DNA of 38,764 bases from Eubacteriales bacterium (lineage in GTDB: Bacteria > Bacillota > Clostridia > Oscillospirales > CAG-272), in NCBI GenBank assembly GCA_045657645.1, contig JAZOTL010000003.1, positions 1 to 38,764 on the forward strand, in the 5' to 3' direction. Shown here in pieces: positions 1-8,636 of the stretch. How positions within the stretch are numbered: position 1 is the stretch's first letter; each line of letters opens with the position of its first letter. Made by a program: the position numbers and the translations under genes. Under the pieces are notes generated by a model. The model was not told the origin of the DNA. It ran no database searches and saw only the letters and a program-made list of their open reading frames with translations.

Positions 1-137
1 CCCTTGTAAAACCTGTAAAAGAGGGCTACACCTTTGTTGGCTGGTACACTAAAGCGTCCTGCTCAAGCGGTTCAGTATCAAGCCTTTCCGCAACAAAATA
101 TACCGCAGATATAGTTCTCTACGCAAAATGGAAATAA
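1..137 (+). CDS. 3' end of a larger gene: surface/secreted protein with a Listeria-Bacteroides (Flg_new-type) repeat; the 5' part lies outside the window
   Basis: Frame 3 is open from the window edge to TAA at 135-137. The peptide LVKPVKEGYTFVGWYTKASCSSGSVSSLSATKYTADIVLYAKWK shows the GYxFxGWY...LYAxW repeat signature. A strong terminator follows. Confidence 0.5.
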   Translation, partial: LVKPVKEGYTFVGWYTKASCSSGSVSSLSATKYTADIVLYAKWK

Positions 138-140
138 TAA

Positions 141-173
141 AAAGGTGAAAACCAAAGGGTTTTCACCTTTTTT
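141..173. terminator. Bidirectional rho-independent terminator between two convergent genes
   Basis: 13-bp perfect stem AAAGGTGAAAACC / GGTTTTCACCTTT with a 4-nt loop. It is flanked by an A-run and a T-run, so it is U-tailed on both strands. Confidence 0.8.
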
Positions 174-187
174 ATATATAATAAGCG

Positions 188-580
188 TCACCGCACCATT
201 GTTATGCCTGCCCATATTACCATTGCTGCAAATATCTTTTTTAATAAGGGAATCTTTATTTTGTCTAAAAGAATTGCGCCCGCAATACCGCCCACCGCTG
301 CAGGCAGTATATATATAAGACAGTCTTTTAATTCAAAGCTTCCGTTTTGAAGATAGCTTGCAGCAGACACTACCGACATAGGCAGAATAGACGCTATAGA
401 TGTTGCAAATATATCTTTTTTTGAAAGGCTGGGAAAGAGAAGGGAGGAGGCAAAGATAATTAAGATACCGCCGCCCGTTCCCAAAAGGCCGTTTATAATT
501 CCTGCCCCAAGACCAACTGCTATAGCTAAAAGCTTTTTAGTGCTGCTGTTATAAGGAGCAGGGGTTTTATTTTTTAACAT
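188..580 (-). CDS. TSUP (TauE/SafE, DUF81) family membrane protein, half-size (130 aa)
   Basis: The protein is hydrophobic throughout. It has the GxxxGLLGTGGGILIIF motif typical of TSUP 4-TM repeats and an AGG-rich RBS upstream. Confidence 0.6.
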   Translation of the reverse strand: MLKNKTPAPYNSSTKKLLAIAVGLGAGIINGLLGTGGGILIIFASSLLFPSLSKKDIFATSIASILPMSVVSAASYLQNGSFELKDCLIYILPAAVGGIAGAILLDKIKIPLLKKIFAAMVIWAGITMVR

Positions 581-598
581 AAATAACCTCTTAAAGTA

Positions 599-627
599 TT
601 GTATTATTTTTAATTTTGTGATATCAT
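599..627 (+). promoter_or_regulatory. Candidate sigma-A promoter for uppP
   Basis: TTGTAT (599-604), a 17-nt spacer ending in TGa, then TATCAT (622-627). It lies about 40 nt upstream of the uppP start. Confidence 0.4.
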
Positions 628-666
628 ATAATAGATTATAATGTAATTTAAGGAAGGTATCTTTAT

Positions 667-1512
667 ATGTCTATTTGGCTGTTTGTAATAATAAGCGGTA
701 TAATACAGGGCCTTGCAGAGTTCCTGCCTATATCAAGCTCCGGTCATCTCTCTTTGTTCCAAAACTTCTTTGGTATGGACGATATTCCTATGACCTTTGA
801 TATTATGCTCCACATAGGAACACTTATTGCGGTATTTATCGTGTATTATAAAGATATTTTTCCCCTTGTACCTGCCTTCTTTACTATGCTTGACAAGGTT
901 TTTCGCGGAAAGTTCAAATTCAAAGAAGCAACACAAAACGAGCGTATGGTGATAATGGTGCTCATTGCTACCATTCCCCTTGCTATAGCAGCTCTCCTTG
1001 GTGACTTTGTTGACGGTCTTGGAAAGATAAGCTGGGCAATCGGCATTATACTTATTGTTAACGGTTGCGTACTCTTTATTTCCGATAAGCTTGCACGCGG
1101 TTCGGTAGACGGTGAAAATGCAAAGCCTAAAAACGCGCTTATCGTAGGTCTGTGCCAGCTTTGTGCAATTCTCCCCGGTCTTTCACGTTCCGGTTCCACC
1201 ATTACAGGCGGTCTTACCCAAGGCTTTAAGCGTGAGTATGCGGTAAAGTTCTCTTTTATTATGAGTATTCCTGCTATCCTCGGCGCGGCAGTTTCAGAGC
1301 TGCCCGATCTGCTTGACGGAGCAGCTATTCCTGCTGAATACGTTATGCCCTATATTGTGGGTACCGTTACAGCCCTTGTATGCGGAATTGCCGCAATGAA
1401 GCTGCTTATCTATATTTCTAAAAAATCCAATTTCAGATTTTTCTCTTACTATTGCTGGATAGTAGGTGTTCTTGCTGTAGTACTTGGTGCTGCAGGTGTG
1501 ACCTTTGCGTAA
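667..1512 (+). CDS. uppP: Undecaprenyl-diphosphate phosphatase (BacA/UppP)
   Basis: 281-aa polytopic membrane protein with the hallmark motifs GxxQGLAEFLPISSSGHL and PGLSRSGSTI. Confidence 0.93.
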   Translation: MSIWLFVIISGIIQGLAEFLPISSSGHLSLFQNFFGMDDIPMTFDIMLHIGTLIAVFIVYYKDIFPLVPAFFTMLDKVFRGKFKFKEATQNERMVIMVLIATIPLAIAALLGDFVDGLGKISWAIGIILIVNGCVLFISDKLARGSVDGENAKPKNALIVGLCQLCAILPGLSRSGSTITGGLTQGFKREYAVKFSFIMSIPAILGAAVSELPDLLDGAAIPAEYVMPYIVGTVTALVCGIAAMKLLIYISKKSNFRFFSYYCWIVGVLAVVLGAAGVTFA

Positions 1513-1533
1513 AAATTAAAAAAGGATGTAAAA

Positions 1534-4056
1534 ATGCCTCAATCAAAAAAGAAAAGAACGGTGGCGCCCCCTAAAAAGGGCACTACCCGTAACAGTAAAA
1601 ATACAACATCAAAAACAAGTGCCAAAAAGGCCATGGAAAAGAAGCAACAGCAAAAGCAACGCGCCGTTTCCGCTCTGGGCCCTTGGCTGCTTGTGCTCCT
1701 TGCAGCTTTTATAGGCTTTTCCCTGTTGTTGCCCGATTATTCGGGTGTGGTGGGCAAGGCGTTAAATACCTTCCTGAGGGGACTTTTTTCCGCAGGTGCT
1801 TACGCCCTTCCCATAGTGCTTATTGCGTCTGCTATATTCTTTAAGCGTGACTACGAAAACTCCTTTACAAAACAAAGAGTTGTCTTCTCGGTTTTTGCGG
1901 TAGTTGGTTTTTCTGCCTTTTACCACGTTTTTGCCCCCTCTCTTGATAAGGTTTTTGCCCTTGACAAGCTTTGGGCAGGCGGAGCCAAATTAAGCGGCGG
2001 CGGTGTTATAGGCGGACTTTTGGCATCAAGTTTAAGGGTGCTTTTAGGCAAGCCCGGTCTTATAATTATATCCCTGCTTATGATATTGGTGTTCGGCACC
2101 TTTATCTTCGGCTTTACCCCTGCTGACCTGGCTGAATATGTTGCCTATTATTTTAAAGGCAAGCGTGAGCAAACTAAGGCAGTTAAAAAGGAACGCGCCG
2201 TGTACCATAATAAGCCCGAAGCATATCTTCCCGATGATGAACCTGTTGTGCAGGAAACTCCTGAAACACCTATGGTTGACCCTGCTATATTTGAGCGTAT
2301 AAGGGAAGAGGTTAACAACAGCTTTGTGGTGGATGAAGGCACGGGTGAAATAATTGAAGAGCCTATAATTCCCGAACCTCCCAAAGGACAGAAAATGTTC
2401 CCTGATGAAGAGGGTGAGGTAGAGCTTGACATTCTTATAGAAAATGGAGAGCCTGTTTTCAATACCGCACAAGATGAGGAAGAAGACGGGGAAGAGGAGG
2501 AGCTTGAAGTAGAGCGAAGCGAAATTGTTGTTACCGAAGAGCCCAAGCCCGAGCCTAAACCCAAGCCTGTGTACGTATTTCCTCCCATCACCTTGCTTAA
2601 TCGTGATACGTCTCCTAAAAATGAAGACGTTACTGACGAATTGCGTACAAATGCAAATAAGCTTGTGGAAACCCTTTCAAGCTTTAAGGTAAGAACAAAA
2701 ATAGTAGATATCTCCCGCGGTCCTACAATTACACGCTACGAGCTTCAGCCTGAAGAGGGTGTAAGAGTAAGAGCTATTGCAAACCTTGTGGATGATATAT
2801 CCCTTAGCCTTGCTTCCAGCGGTATCCGTATAGAGGCGCCCATTCCCGGTAAGGCTGCTGTAGGTATAGAGGTTCCCAATAAAAGCGTTTCAACAGTTTA
2901 TCTGCGTGAGCTTCTTGAAAATCCTTCCTTTAAGAATAACAAGAGCCGTGTTACCGTTTCTCTCGGTATGGACGTTGCCGGCACTCCCATATTTGTTGAT
3001 ATAGCTAAAATGCCCCACTTGCTTATAGCCGGCGCTACGGGTATGGGTAAGTCCGTTTGTATAAACTCAATGATAGTAAGCCTTCTCTATAAGGCTTCCC
3101 CTGAAGAAGTAAAGCTTATACTTATTGACCCCAAAAAGGTTGAGCTTAACGTTTATAATGCACTCCCCCATCTTCTTATCCCCGTGGTAAGTGAGCCTAA
3201 AAAGGCGGCAGGCGCTCTTCATTGGGCGGTTACCGAAATGGAAAGACGTTTTGCACTTATAGAAAGCGTTGGCGTGCGTGATATATACAACTTCAATATG
3301 ACCACAAAGGATGACCCCAATTACGAATATATGCCCCACGTGGTTATAATAATAGACGAGCTTGCCGATCTTATGATGACAGCCCCTGATGAGGTTGAGG
3401 ATTCTATCTGCCGTCTGGCACAGAAGGCAAGAGCTGCAGGTATGCATCTTATTATCGGTACACAGCGTCCCTCTGTAGACGTTATCACAGGTCTTATCAA
3501 GGCAAACATCCCTTCCCGTATTGCATTTACCGTTGCAAGCCAGGTAGACTCCCGTACCATTATAGATATATCGGGTGCCGAAAAGCTTATCGGACGCGGT
3601 GATATGCTGTATGCCCCCGTTGGCGCTTCAAAGCCTATGCGTGTGCAGGGTGCTTTCGTAAGCGAGCAGGAGGTTGAGGCAGTAACGGGCTTTATCCGTA
3701 CAAAAGCGGGTGAAACCGAATACGATGATGACGTAATAGAAAAAATAGAAAAGGAAGCTGCAAAGTGCGGCGTGAAGAAGGGCTCATCCTCTGCAGGCTT
3801 TGCTGAAGCAGATGATGGAGAAGAAAGAGATCCTATGCTTATGCCTGCAATAGAGCTTGCGGTTGAAAGCGGTAAGATTTCCACATCCCTTATACAGCGC
3901 AGACTTTCACTTGGCTACGGCAGAGCCGCAAAGCTTATAGACCAAATGCAGCAGATGGGCGTTGTAAGTCCTCCTGAAGGAAACAAACCCAGAGCCGTGC
4001 TTATGACAAAGGCGGAATTCCTTGAAATGAGCGTAAACAATTCACCCGAAGAATAA
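1534..4056 (+). CDS. ftsK: DNA translocase FtsK/SpoIIIE
   Basis: 840 aa with N-terminal TM helices and an acidic/PK-rich linker. The motor domain has Walker A GATGMGKS and Walker B IIIDELADL. The C-terminal gamma winged-helix reads STSLIQRRLSLGYGRAAKLIDQM. Confidence 0.95.
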   Translation: MPQSKKKRTVAPPKKGTTRNSKNTTSKTSAKKAMEKKQQQKQRAVSALGPWLLVLLAAFIGFSLLLPDYSGVVGKALNTFLRGLFSAGAYALPIVLIASAIFFKRDYENSFTKQRVVFSVFAVVGFSAFYHVFAPSLDKVFALDKLWAGGAKLSGGGVIGGLLASSLRVLLGKPGLIIISLLMILVFGTFIFGFTPADLAEYVAYYFKGKREQTKAVKKERAVYHNKPEAYLPDDEPVVQETPETPMVDPAIFERIREEVNNSFVVDEGTGEIIEEPIIPEPPKGQKMFPDEEGEVELDILIENGEPVFNTAQDEEEDGEEEELEVERSEIVVTEEPKPEPKPKPVYVFPPITLLNRDTSPKNEDVTDELRTNANKLVETLSSFKVRTKIVDISRGPTITRYELQPEEGVRVRAIANLVDDISLSLASSGIRIEAPIPGKAAVGIEVPNKSVSTVYLRELLENPSFKNNKSRVTVSLGMDVAGTPIFVDIAKMPHLLIAGATGMGKSVCINSMIVSLLYKASPEEVKLILIDPKKVELNVYNALPHLLIPVVSEPKKAAGALHWAVTEMERRFALIESVGVRDIYNFNMTTKDDPNYEYMPHVVIIIDELADLMMTAPDEVEDSICRLAQKARAAGMHLIIGTQRPSVDVITGLIKANIPSRIAFTVASQVDSRTIIDISGAEKLIGRGDMLYAPVGASKPMRVQGAFVSEQEVEAVTGFIRTKAGETEYDDDVIEKIEKEAAKCGVKKGSSSAGFAEADDGEERDPMLMPAIELAVESGKISTSLIQRRLSLGYGRAAKLIDQMQQMGVVSPPEGNKPRAVLMTKAEFLEMSVNNSPEE

Positions 4057-4067
4057 CAGAGGTTAAA

Positions 4068-4613
4068 ATGTTTTATATTTTTCTTGCAGACGGTTTTGAA
4101 GAAATAGAAGCCCTTTGCCCCCTTGACCTTATGCTCCGTGCGGGCATTGAGGTAAAAACCGTTTCAATAAATCAAACCACCCTTGTTCGTGGTGCTCATA
4201 ATATTAAGGTAGAAGCGGATATGACCCTTGACAGCCTTGAACTTTGCTCCGACACCTTATGCGGAGTTATGCTTCCCGGCGGTCTTCCCGGAGCGGACAA
4301 CCTTTTTGAATGTGATAAGGTTAGACAGGCTGTACAGCTTGCTTATGATGAAGGTAAGCTTGTATGCGCTATATGTGCTGCTCCTTATATTCTTGGTGAA
4401 ATGGGATTGCTTGCAGGCAAAGAAGCAATCTGCTATCCGGGATTTGAAAATAGACTTCACGGTGCTGTTATCTCACAAAACAAGGTGGTATGCGCCAACA
4501 ACGTAATTACCGCAAAGGGTATGGGCGTTGCCTTTGACTTTGGAATAGAAATAGTAAAATATTTTAAAGGCGAGGCGGCTGCAGAAGCCCTTTCAAAAGC
4601 TACTATGGCATGA
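4068..4613 (+). CDS. DJ-1/PfpI (ThiJ) family protein
   Basis: 181 aa. It has the nucleophile-elbow context AICAAP and the LPGG motif typical of the DJ-1/YajL family. Confidence 0.85.
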   Translation: MFYIFLADGFEEIEALCPLDLMLRAGIEVKTVSINQTTLVRGAHNIKVEADMTLDSLELCSDTLCGVMLPGGLPGADNLFECDKVRQAVQLAYDEGKLVCAICAAPYILGEMGLLAGKEAICYPGFENRLHGAVISQNKVVCANNVITAKGMGVAFDFGIEIVKYFKGEAAAEALSKATMA

Positions 4614-5200
4614 TTAATATTCGTAAAGAAAAGAATTCTCTGCGTGAAAAATATCTCCGTAAGAGAAGGGAATTACCTTCGGAATATAAAAGCAAGCTTG
4701 ATGCACTTTTGTGCAAAAAGTTTTTAGAAACGTTTACCTACCGTAGTGCCCATACCCTTCTTGTTTATTACCCCCTTTCCGATGAGGCCGACATTACGCA
4801 GATAGCACTAAAGGCTCTTGCGGATAACAAAACCGTAGCATACCCAAGATGCACGGGGGATTCGGTAATGGAGTTTTATCTTGTGAGTGATCCTTCGCAG
4901 CTTGAGTCCGGCAGCTACGGAATTATGGAGCCGTGTAAGGATTTGCCCTTATATGATCCCAAGCGCTCACATACCGAGCGTACGATATGCCTTGTGCCGG
5001 GACTGCTATACGATAGTTGCGGTTATCGTTTAGGATATGGAAGAGGATATTACGACCGATATCTGCCCTTGCTTGAGGCTACAAAGGTAGGGGTTACTTA
5101 CAGTAGTTTTATAGTTAAGGATCTTCCCCGAGGAAGATATGATACAACAGTAGATTTTATGATATGCGAGAAAGGAGTTGTTCTTACAAATGAAAATTAA
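4610..5200 (+). CDS. 5-formyltetrahydrofolate cyclo-ligase
   Basis: 196 aa with the LVPGLLYD..G.RLGYGRGYYDRYL C-terminal signature of the 5-FTHF cyclo-ligase family. ATGA overlap with the upstream gene. Confidence 0.88.
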   Translation: MINIRKEKNSLREKYLRKRRELPSEYKSKLDALLCKKFLETFTYRSAHTLLVYYPLSDEADITQIALKALADNKTVAYPRCTGDSVMEFYLVSDPSQLESGSYGIMEPCKDLPLYDPKRSHTERTICLVPGLLYDSCGYRLGYGRGYYDRYLPLLEATKVGVTYSSFIVKDLPRGRYDTTVDFMICEKGVVLTNEN

Positions 5201-6116
5201 ATTTAAGCGCTCCCTTGTAGCACCGCTACTGGTACTTGTTATGTACATACTTATGGCGGTGACAAATCGTATTAATTTTTACGACCTTGGCTTGAAGGAT
5301 AACGTATATCTTGCGGTTATAATTATACAAATGATGATATTTGTTATCCCCGGTCTGATCTACTGTAAATTGAGAGGCAAGGAACTAACCTCCGAGCTAA
5401 GGCTTAAAGGTGTAGGGATGAAGGGTGTATGGCTTACGCTTTCCTCCTTTTTTACACTTATCTTCGGCTCCTCTCTTATTAAGCTGGCCCTGTATGCTTT
5501 AGGCTATTACAGCAGGCAGTATACCCTGTATGAAAATTACATACCCACCGATACAAGTGGCTTTGGCAGCGTACTTTATATAATTATCGCTATTGCTTTG
5601 GTGCCTGCTATTACCGAGGAATTTGTTTTTCGTTCAATAGTTTACGGTGAGTATTCGGCCCTTGGAATAAAAAAGTTTTCTGCCATGGTGTTATCGGCGT
5701 TGCTTTTTGCCATGATGCACTTTGACCTCCATAAATTCCCCGTGTACTTTTTCGGCGGTTTGGTTTTTGCATTTGTAACGCAGGTTTCCGGCTCAGTGCT
5801 ATGTGCTATGGCACTGCATCTGCTTAATAATATCTACGGCCTGCTTTTTGAAACTCAACTTTTGAGGCTGATAACACAAACGGACAACCTTATTTTTGTT
5901 CTGTTTGTTCTTGCAGTATTTTTCCTTATATTCCTTATATTGACCCTGCAATCTGCAGAGAATATATATTATATAAAAGGTATAAACGGAGAACCTTCTC
6001 CGAAAAGAAGAAAAAAGGAACGTCGCAGATTTTCAAAGGATGCGGAGTGTTTTCTTTCCCCTACCTTCCTTATTTGCGTAATAGTTTTCTTTGTTGTAAC
6101 CCTTTCATTTAAATGA
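5190..6116 (+). CDS. CPBP (CAAX) family intramembrane glutamic endopeptidase
   Basis: Polytopic membrane protein with the motifs EEFVFRS, FAMMHF and HLLNN. The start was moved to ATG 5190 (MKIKFKRS); an alternative ATG lies at 5178. Confidence 0.85.
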   Translation: MKIKFKRSLVAPLLVLVMYILMAVTNRINFYDLGLKDNVYLAVIIIQMMIFVIPGLIYCKLRGKELTSELRLKGVGMKGVWLTLSSFFTLIFGSSLIKLALYALGYYSRQYTLYENYIPTDTSGFGSVLYIIIAIALVPAITEEFVFRSIVYGEYSALGIKKFSAMVLSALLFAMMHFDLHKFPVYFFGGLVFAFVTQVSGSVLCAMALHLLNNIYGLLFETQLLRLITQTDNLIFVLFVLAVFFLIFLILTLQSAENIYYIKGINGEPSPKRRKKERRRFSKDAECFLSPTFLICVIVFFVVTLSFK

Positions 6117-6124
6117 GGTGTTGT

Positions 6125-7747
6125 ATGAATACAAATAATAATGGTAAAAAATTATCTCCAATGGATGAGATAATGCAGGTAACAAGGCGAGCGGTAAATC
6201 CCAATCAAACCCCCGAAGTGCCTGCTCCTAAAACAGAAGCGGTTCAGCCCCGCCGTGTTGCGCCCCCTGCTCCTTCTACTACTGTTGAAAAGGCGCCTGT
6301 GAAAGAAAAAAACGTGGCCGACTATGGCATAGAGGTTCCTGATTTACCTCCGCGTAATCGCGCTGCTTCTTCAACAACATACGCGGCATCGTCTGTGTCA
6401 AGGGCTGAACAGGTTCGCGTAGCGCGAAGCAACGCTGCAGGTACCCGCAGTGAGGCTGAACATACGAGAGTAATGCAAGCAACCCCGGCTCCTTCTGATA
6501 AAGAAATGCGTGAAAGGGAAGAAGCTGCAAGGATAGTTAGTGCCAATAAAAGGGCGGCTAATTCTCAAACCAGATTGACCGATACTGTTCCTTCGGTATC
6601 TGCTCGTTCCTATGAAGAATCAAAAAAAACCAAGGCAAATAAGAACGGTTCTGTAGGAAACCAGGCACAGGAGGTAGGTACAAGGGTTCTTTCGGGAACT
6701 GTTAAGGCGATAATTTATATCGTATCTGTACTTGTAATTTCTGTTTGCCTCAGTTTGTTTATAATATTCGTTGGAAACGATTGCTTTGCTTTTGTTAAAA
6801 CCGACGTAGACGTTACCGTTTCTATTGACGAGGGTGGCAATCTTTCGGATATAGCAGACGTTTTGCATGATAATGGTGTTATAAAATATCCGGGATTCTT
6901 CAAAATGTACGTTAGGTTAAGAAACAAGGATGTTGATGACTATCTTTCGGGCAACAGAGTTGTTAATCCAACCATGAGCTATGACACTCTTATTGCAGCA
7001 TTTAAGCCTTCGTCGGCGCGAGAAGAAGTTTCGGTTACCTTTATTGAAGGTTCTACTACCGATGAAATGATTGAAAAACTTGTTTCAGTGGGGATAGGAA
7101 CCAAAGAAGGTTATAAAAAGGCAATAAACGAAGGGGAATACGATTTCTGGTTTGTGGAGCGCCTTGATGCTGTTGACGGCATTGAAGATAGAAAGTATAG
7201 ATTAGACGGTTATCTTTTCCCTGATACCTATAACTTCTATACCGATTCAACCGAGGAAGAGGTAATATACAAGCTTCTTGAAAACTTTAATGCTAAATTT
7301 GATGAAGCAAATTCAGACAGAGCTATGCAGCTTGATATGACCGTTGATGATATTGTCATACTGGCTTCTATAATACAAAAGGAAGCAATGTATATAACAG
7401 ACTATCCTTTGGTTTCATCTGTTTTCCATAACAGACTTAATTCCCGTGAAACAAACGGTATGCTTCAGAGTAACGCAACGGTTCAGTATACTATGCCTAA
7501 GGAAGAGGTAACCATAGAACTTTCTACAGAGCAGATTAATAAGTATGATAATGCATATAATACCTTCCTTTATGAGGGTCTGCCCGTAGGTCCTATTTGT
7601 AACTCATCTCTTAATGCGCTTAACTGGGCGTTGTATCCCAATGATACAGATTACTATTATTTTGTATCCGATGCACAAGGCTATAACCTTTATGCTCAAA
7701 CATACTCCGAGCACCTTGCAAATATAGCAAAAGCGGCAGAAGAATAA
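6125..7747 (+). CDS. mltG: Endolytic murein transglycosylase MltG (YceG-like) with a long N-terminal extension
   Basis: The C-terminal roughly 330 aa is YceG-like (single TM, DGYLFPDTY, ASIIQKE, NAYNTFLYEGLPVGPICN). The N-terminal roughly 195 aa is low complexity and rich in A/P/S/R/E. ATG 6125 follows GAGGTG; an alternative ATG lies at 6113. Confidence 0.9.
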   Translation: MNTNNNGKKLSPMDEIMQVTRRAVNPNQTPEVPAPKTEAVQPRRVAPPAPSTTVEKAPVKEKNVADYGIEVPDLPPRNRAASSTTYAASSVSRAEQVRVARSNAAGTRSEAEHTRVMQATPAPSDKEMREREEAARIVSANKRAANSQTRLTDTVPSVSARSYEESKKTKANKNGSVGNQAQEVGTRVLSGTVKAIIYIVSVLVISVCLSLFIIFVGNDCFAFVKTDVDVTVSIDEGGNLSDIADVLHDNGVIKYPGFFKMYVRLRNKDVDDYLSGNRVVNPTMSYDTLIAAFKPSSAREEVSVTFIEGSTTDEMIEKLVSVGIGTKEGYKKAINEGEYDFWFVERLDAVDGIEDRKYRLDGYLFPDTYNFYTDSTEEEVIYKLLENFNAKFDEANSDRAMQLDMTVDDIVILASIIQKEAMYITDYPLVSSVFHNRLNSRETNGMLQSNATVQYTMPKEEVTIELSTEQINKYDNAYNTFLYEGLPVGPICNSSLNALNWALYPNDTDYYYFVSDAQGYNLYAQTYSEHLANIAKAAEE

Positions 7748-7754
7748 AAAACAT

Positions 7755-7784
7755 AGGGCGTCAGCAAAGTTTTGTTGGCGCCCT
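7755..7784 (+). terminator. Hairpin after mltG (weak terminator candidate)
   Basis: 8-bp GC-rich stem AGGGCGTC / GGCGCCCT (one G-T pair) with a 14-nt loop. The trailing T-tract is poor. Confidence 0.4.
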
Positions 7785-7850
7785 GATTGCGTTTAATGTT
7801 AAAAAGCAAAAAAATGTTGTGAACATATGATTAAAAAAATATAAACTATA

Positions 7851-7870
7851 TTTCGATAAATTTCGATAAA
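7851..7870 (+). repeat. Perfect tandem duplication TTTCGATAAA x2 in the abrB control region
   Basis: Read directly at 7851-7860 and 7861-7870. Each unit contains TTCGATA, one mismatch from the reverse Spo0A box TTCGNCA. Confidence 0.7.
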
Positions 7871-7874
7871 AATG

Positions 7875-7903
7875 TTGACAATGTAACAAATTTGTGTTAA
7901 CAT
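7875..7903 (+). promoter_or_regulatory. Sigma-A promoter of abrB (extended -10)
   Basis: TTGACA (7875-7880), 17-nt spacer, TGt-TAACAT (7895-7903), about 40 nt upstream of the abrB ATG. A second weaker candidate, TTGTGA-N17-TATAAA, lies at 7817-7845. Confidence 0.6.
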
Positions 7904-7943
7904 ATAAATGAACGTTGTATTTATTATTTTAATGGAGGTAAGC

Positions 7944-8189
7944 ATGAAGTCCACCGGAGTTGTTCGTAAAATAGACGAGCTTGGAAGAATAGTTCTTCCT
8001 ATCGAGATCAGAAACAACATGGATATCAAGAGCAGAGATGCTGTTGAAATTTTTGTAGACCAGGATAGAATCATTCTGAAGAAATATGAACCTTCCTGCA
8101 TTTTCTGCAACAATGCCGATGATGTTGAGTATTACAAGGGCAAGCTTATATGCAAAGCGTGCCTTGCAGAGCTGAATAAGCTTTCATAG
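7944..8189 (+). CDS. abrB: Transition-state regulator AbrB (SpoVT/AbrB swapped-hairpin domain)
   Basis: MKSTGVVRKIDELGRIVLPIEIR... is nearly identical to the canonical AbrB N-terminus. GGAGG RBS lies 6 nt upstream of ATG 7944. The C-terminus has CxxC-x15-CxxC, as I recall for clostridial AbrB proteins. Confidence 0.92.
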   Translation: MKSTGVVRKIDELGRIVLPIEIRNNMDIKSRDAVEIFVDQDRIILKKYEPSCIFCNNADDVEYYKGKLICKACLAELNKLS

Positions 8190-8216
8190 TAATTTTTAAC
8201 CATGTAATATATCCCT

Positions 8217-8248
8217 AAAAACGATGCAAAGAATTGCATCGTTTTTTC
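8217..8248 (+). terminator. Rho-independent terminator of abrB
   Basis: Stem ACGATGCAA / TTGCATCGT (9 bp, extended by A/T pairs), 4-nt loop, followed by TTTTTT. Confidence 0.85.
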
Positions 8249-8349
8249 TACTTTTCTGTTAGAATTCAAGTGCTATATATATAAATAGGAAGTGTTAAGG
8301 AAAAAGGGGAAGAAAAGTGTTAATAAAATGTAAATTGTGAATTTGCCTG

Positions 8350-8378
8350 TTGCATTTATATAATATATGTTGTATAAT
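8350..8378 (+). promoter_or_regulatory. Sigma-A promoter of the S10-spc-alpha ribosomal operon
   Basis: TTGCAT (8350-8355), 17-nt AT-rich spacer, TATAAT (8373-8378). Confidence 0.65.
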
Positions 8379-8384
8379 GATTAG

Positions 8385-8636
8385 GCTTGATGTGCGATGA
8401 AGCGGTAGGTGGCTTACAGTACGTAAGGGAATTACCGTGGAGTATGTCTGATTTATAATCGGGCGCAAAAAAATTGGCATTTTCCCGACATCGGATCTCA
8501 CCCGATGCTTGCGGATTAGCTCGGAAATTTGCAAGGCAAAATTCCGTTTTAATTTCGGAGAAAAAAGAAACACCCGGCAGGGTGTAAGCCAATGTTCGCT
8601 CTCCAAGTGGAAAAAATAATTTAGGAGGCAAAAAAA
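8385..8636 (+). promoter_or_regulatory. Long (about 250 nt) structured 5' leader of rpsJ
   Basis: No credible ORF; the two minus-strand ORFs in the track have no RBS or homology. Hairpins lie at 8489-8507, 8522-8546 (followed by TTTTAATTT) and 8570-8585. GGAGG RBS precedes GTG 8637. Confidence 0.4.

Noticed and set aside
2044-3884. Several 126-187 aa minus-strand ORFs inside ftsK
   Set aside because: They lie antisense to a well-supported FtsK coding frame. Their translations are low complexity and they have no translation signals.
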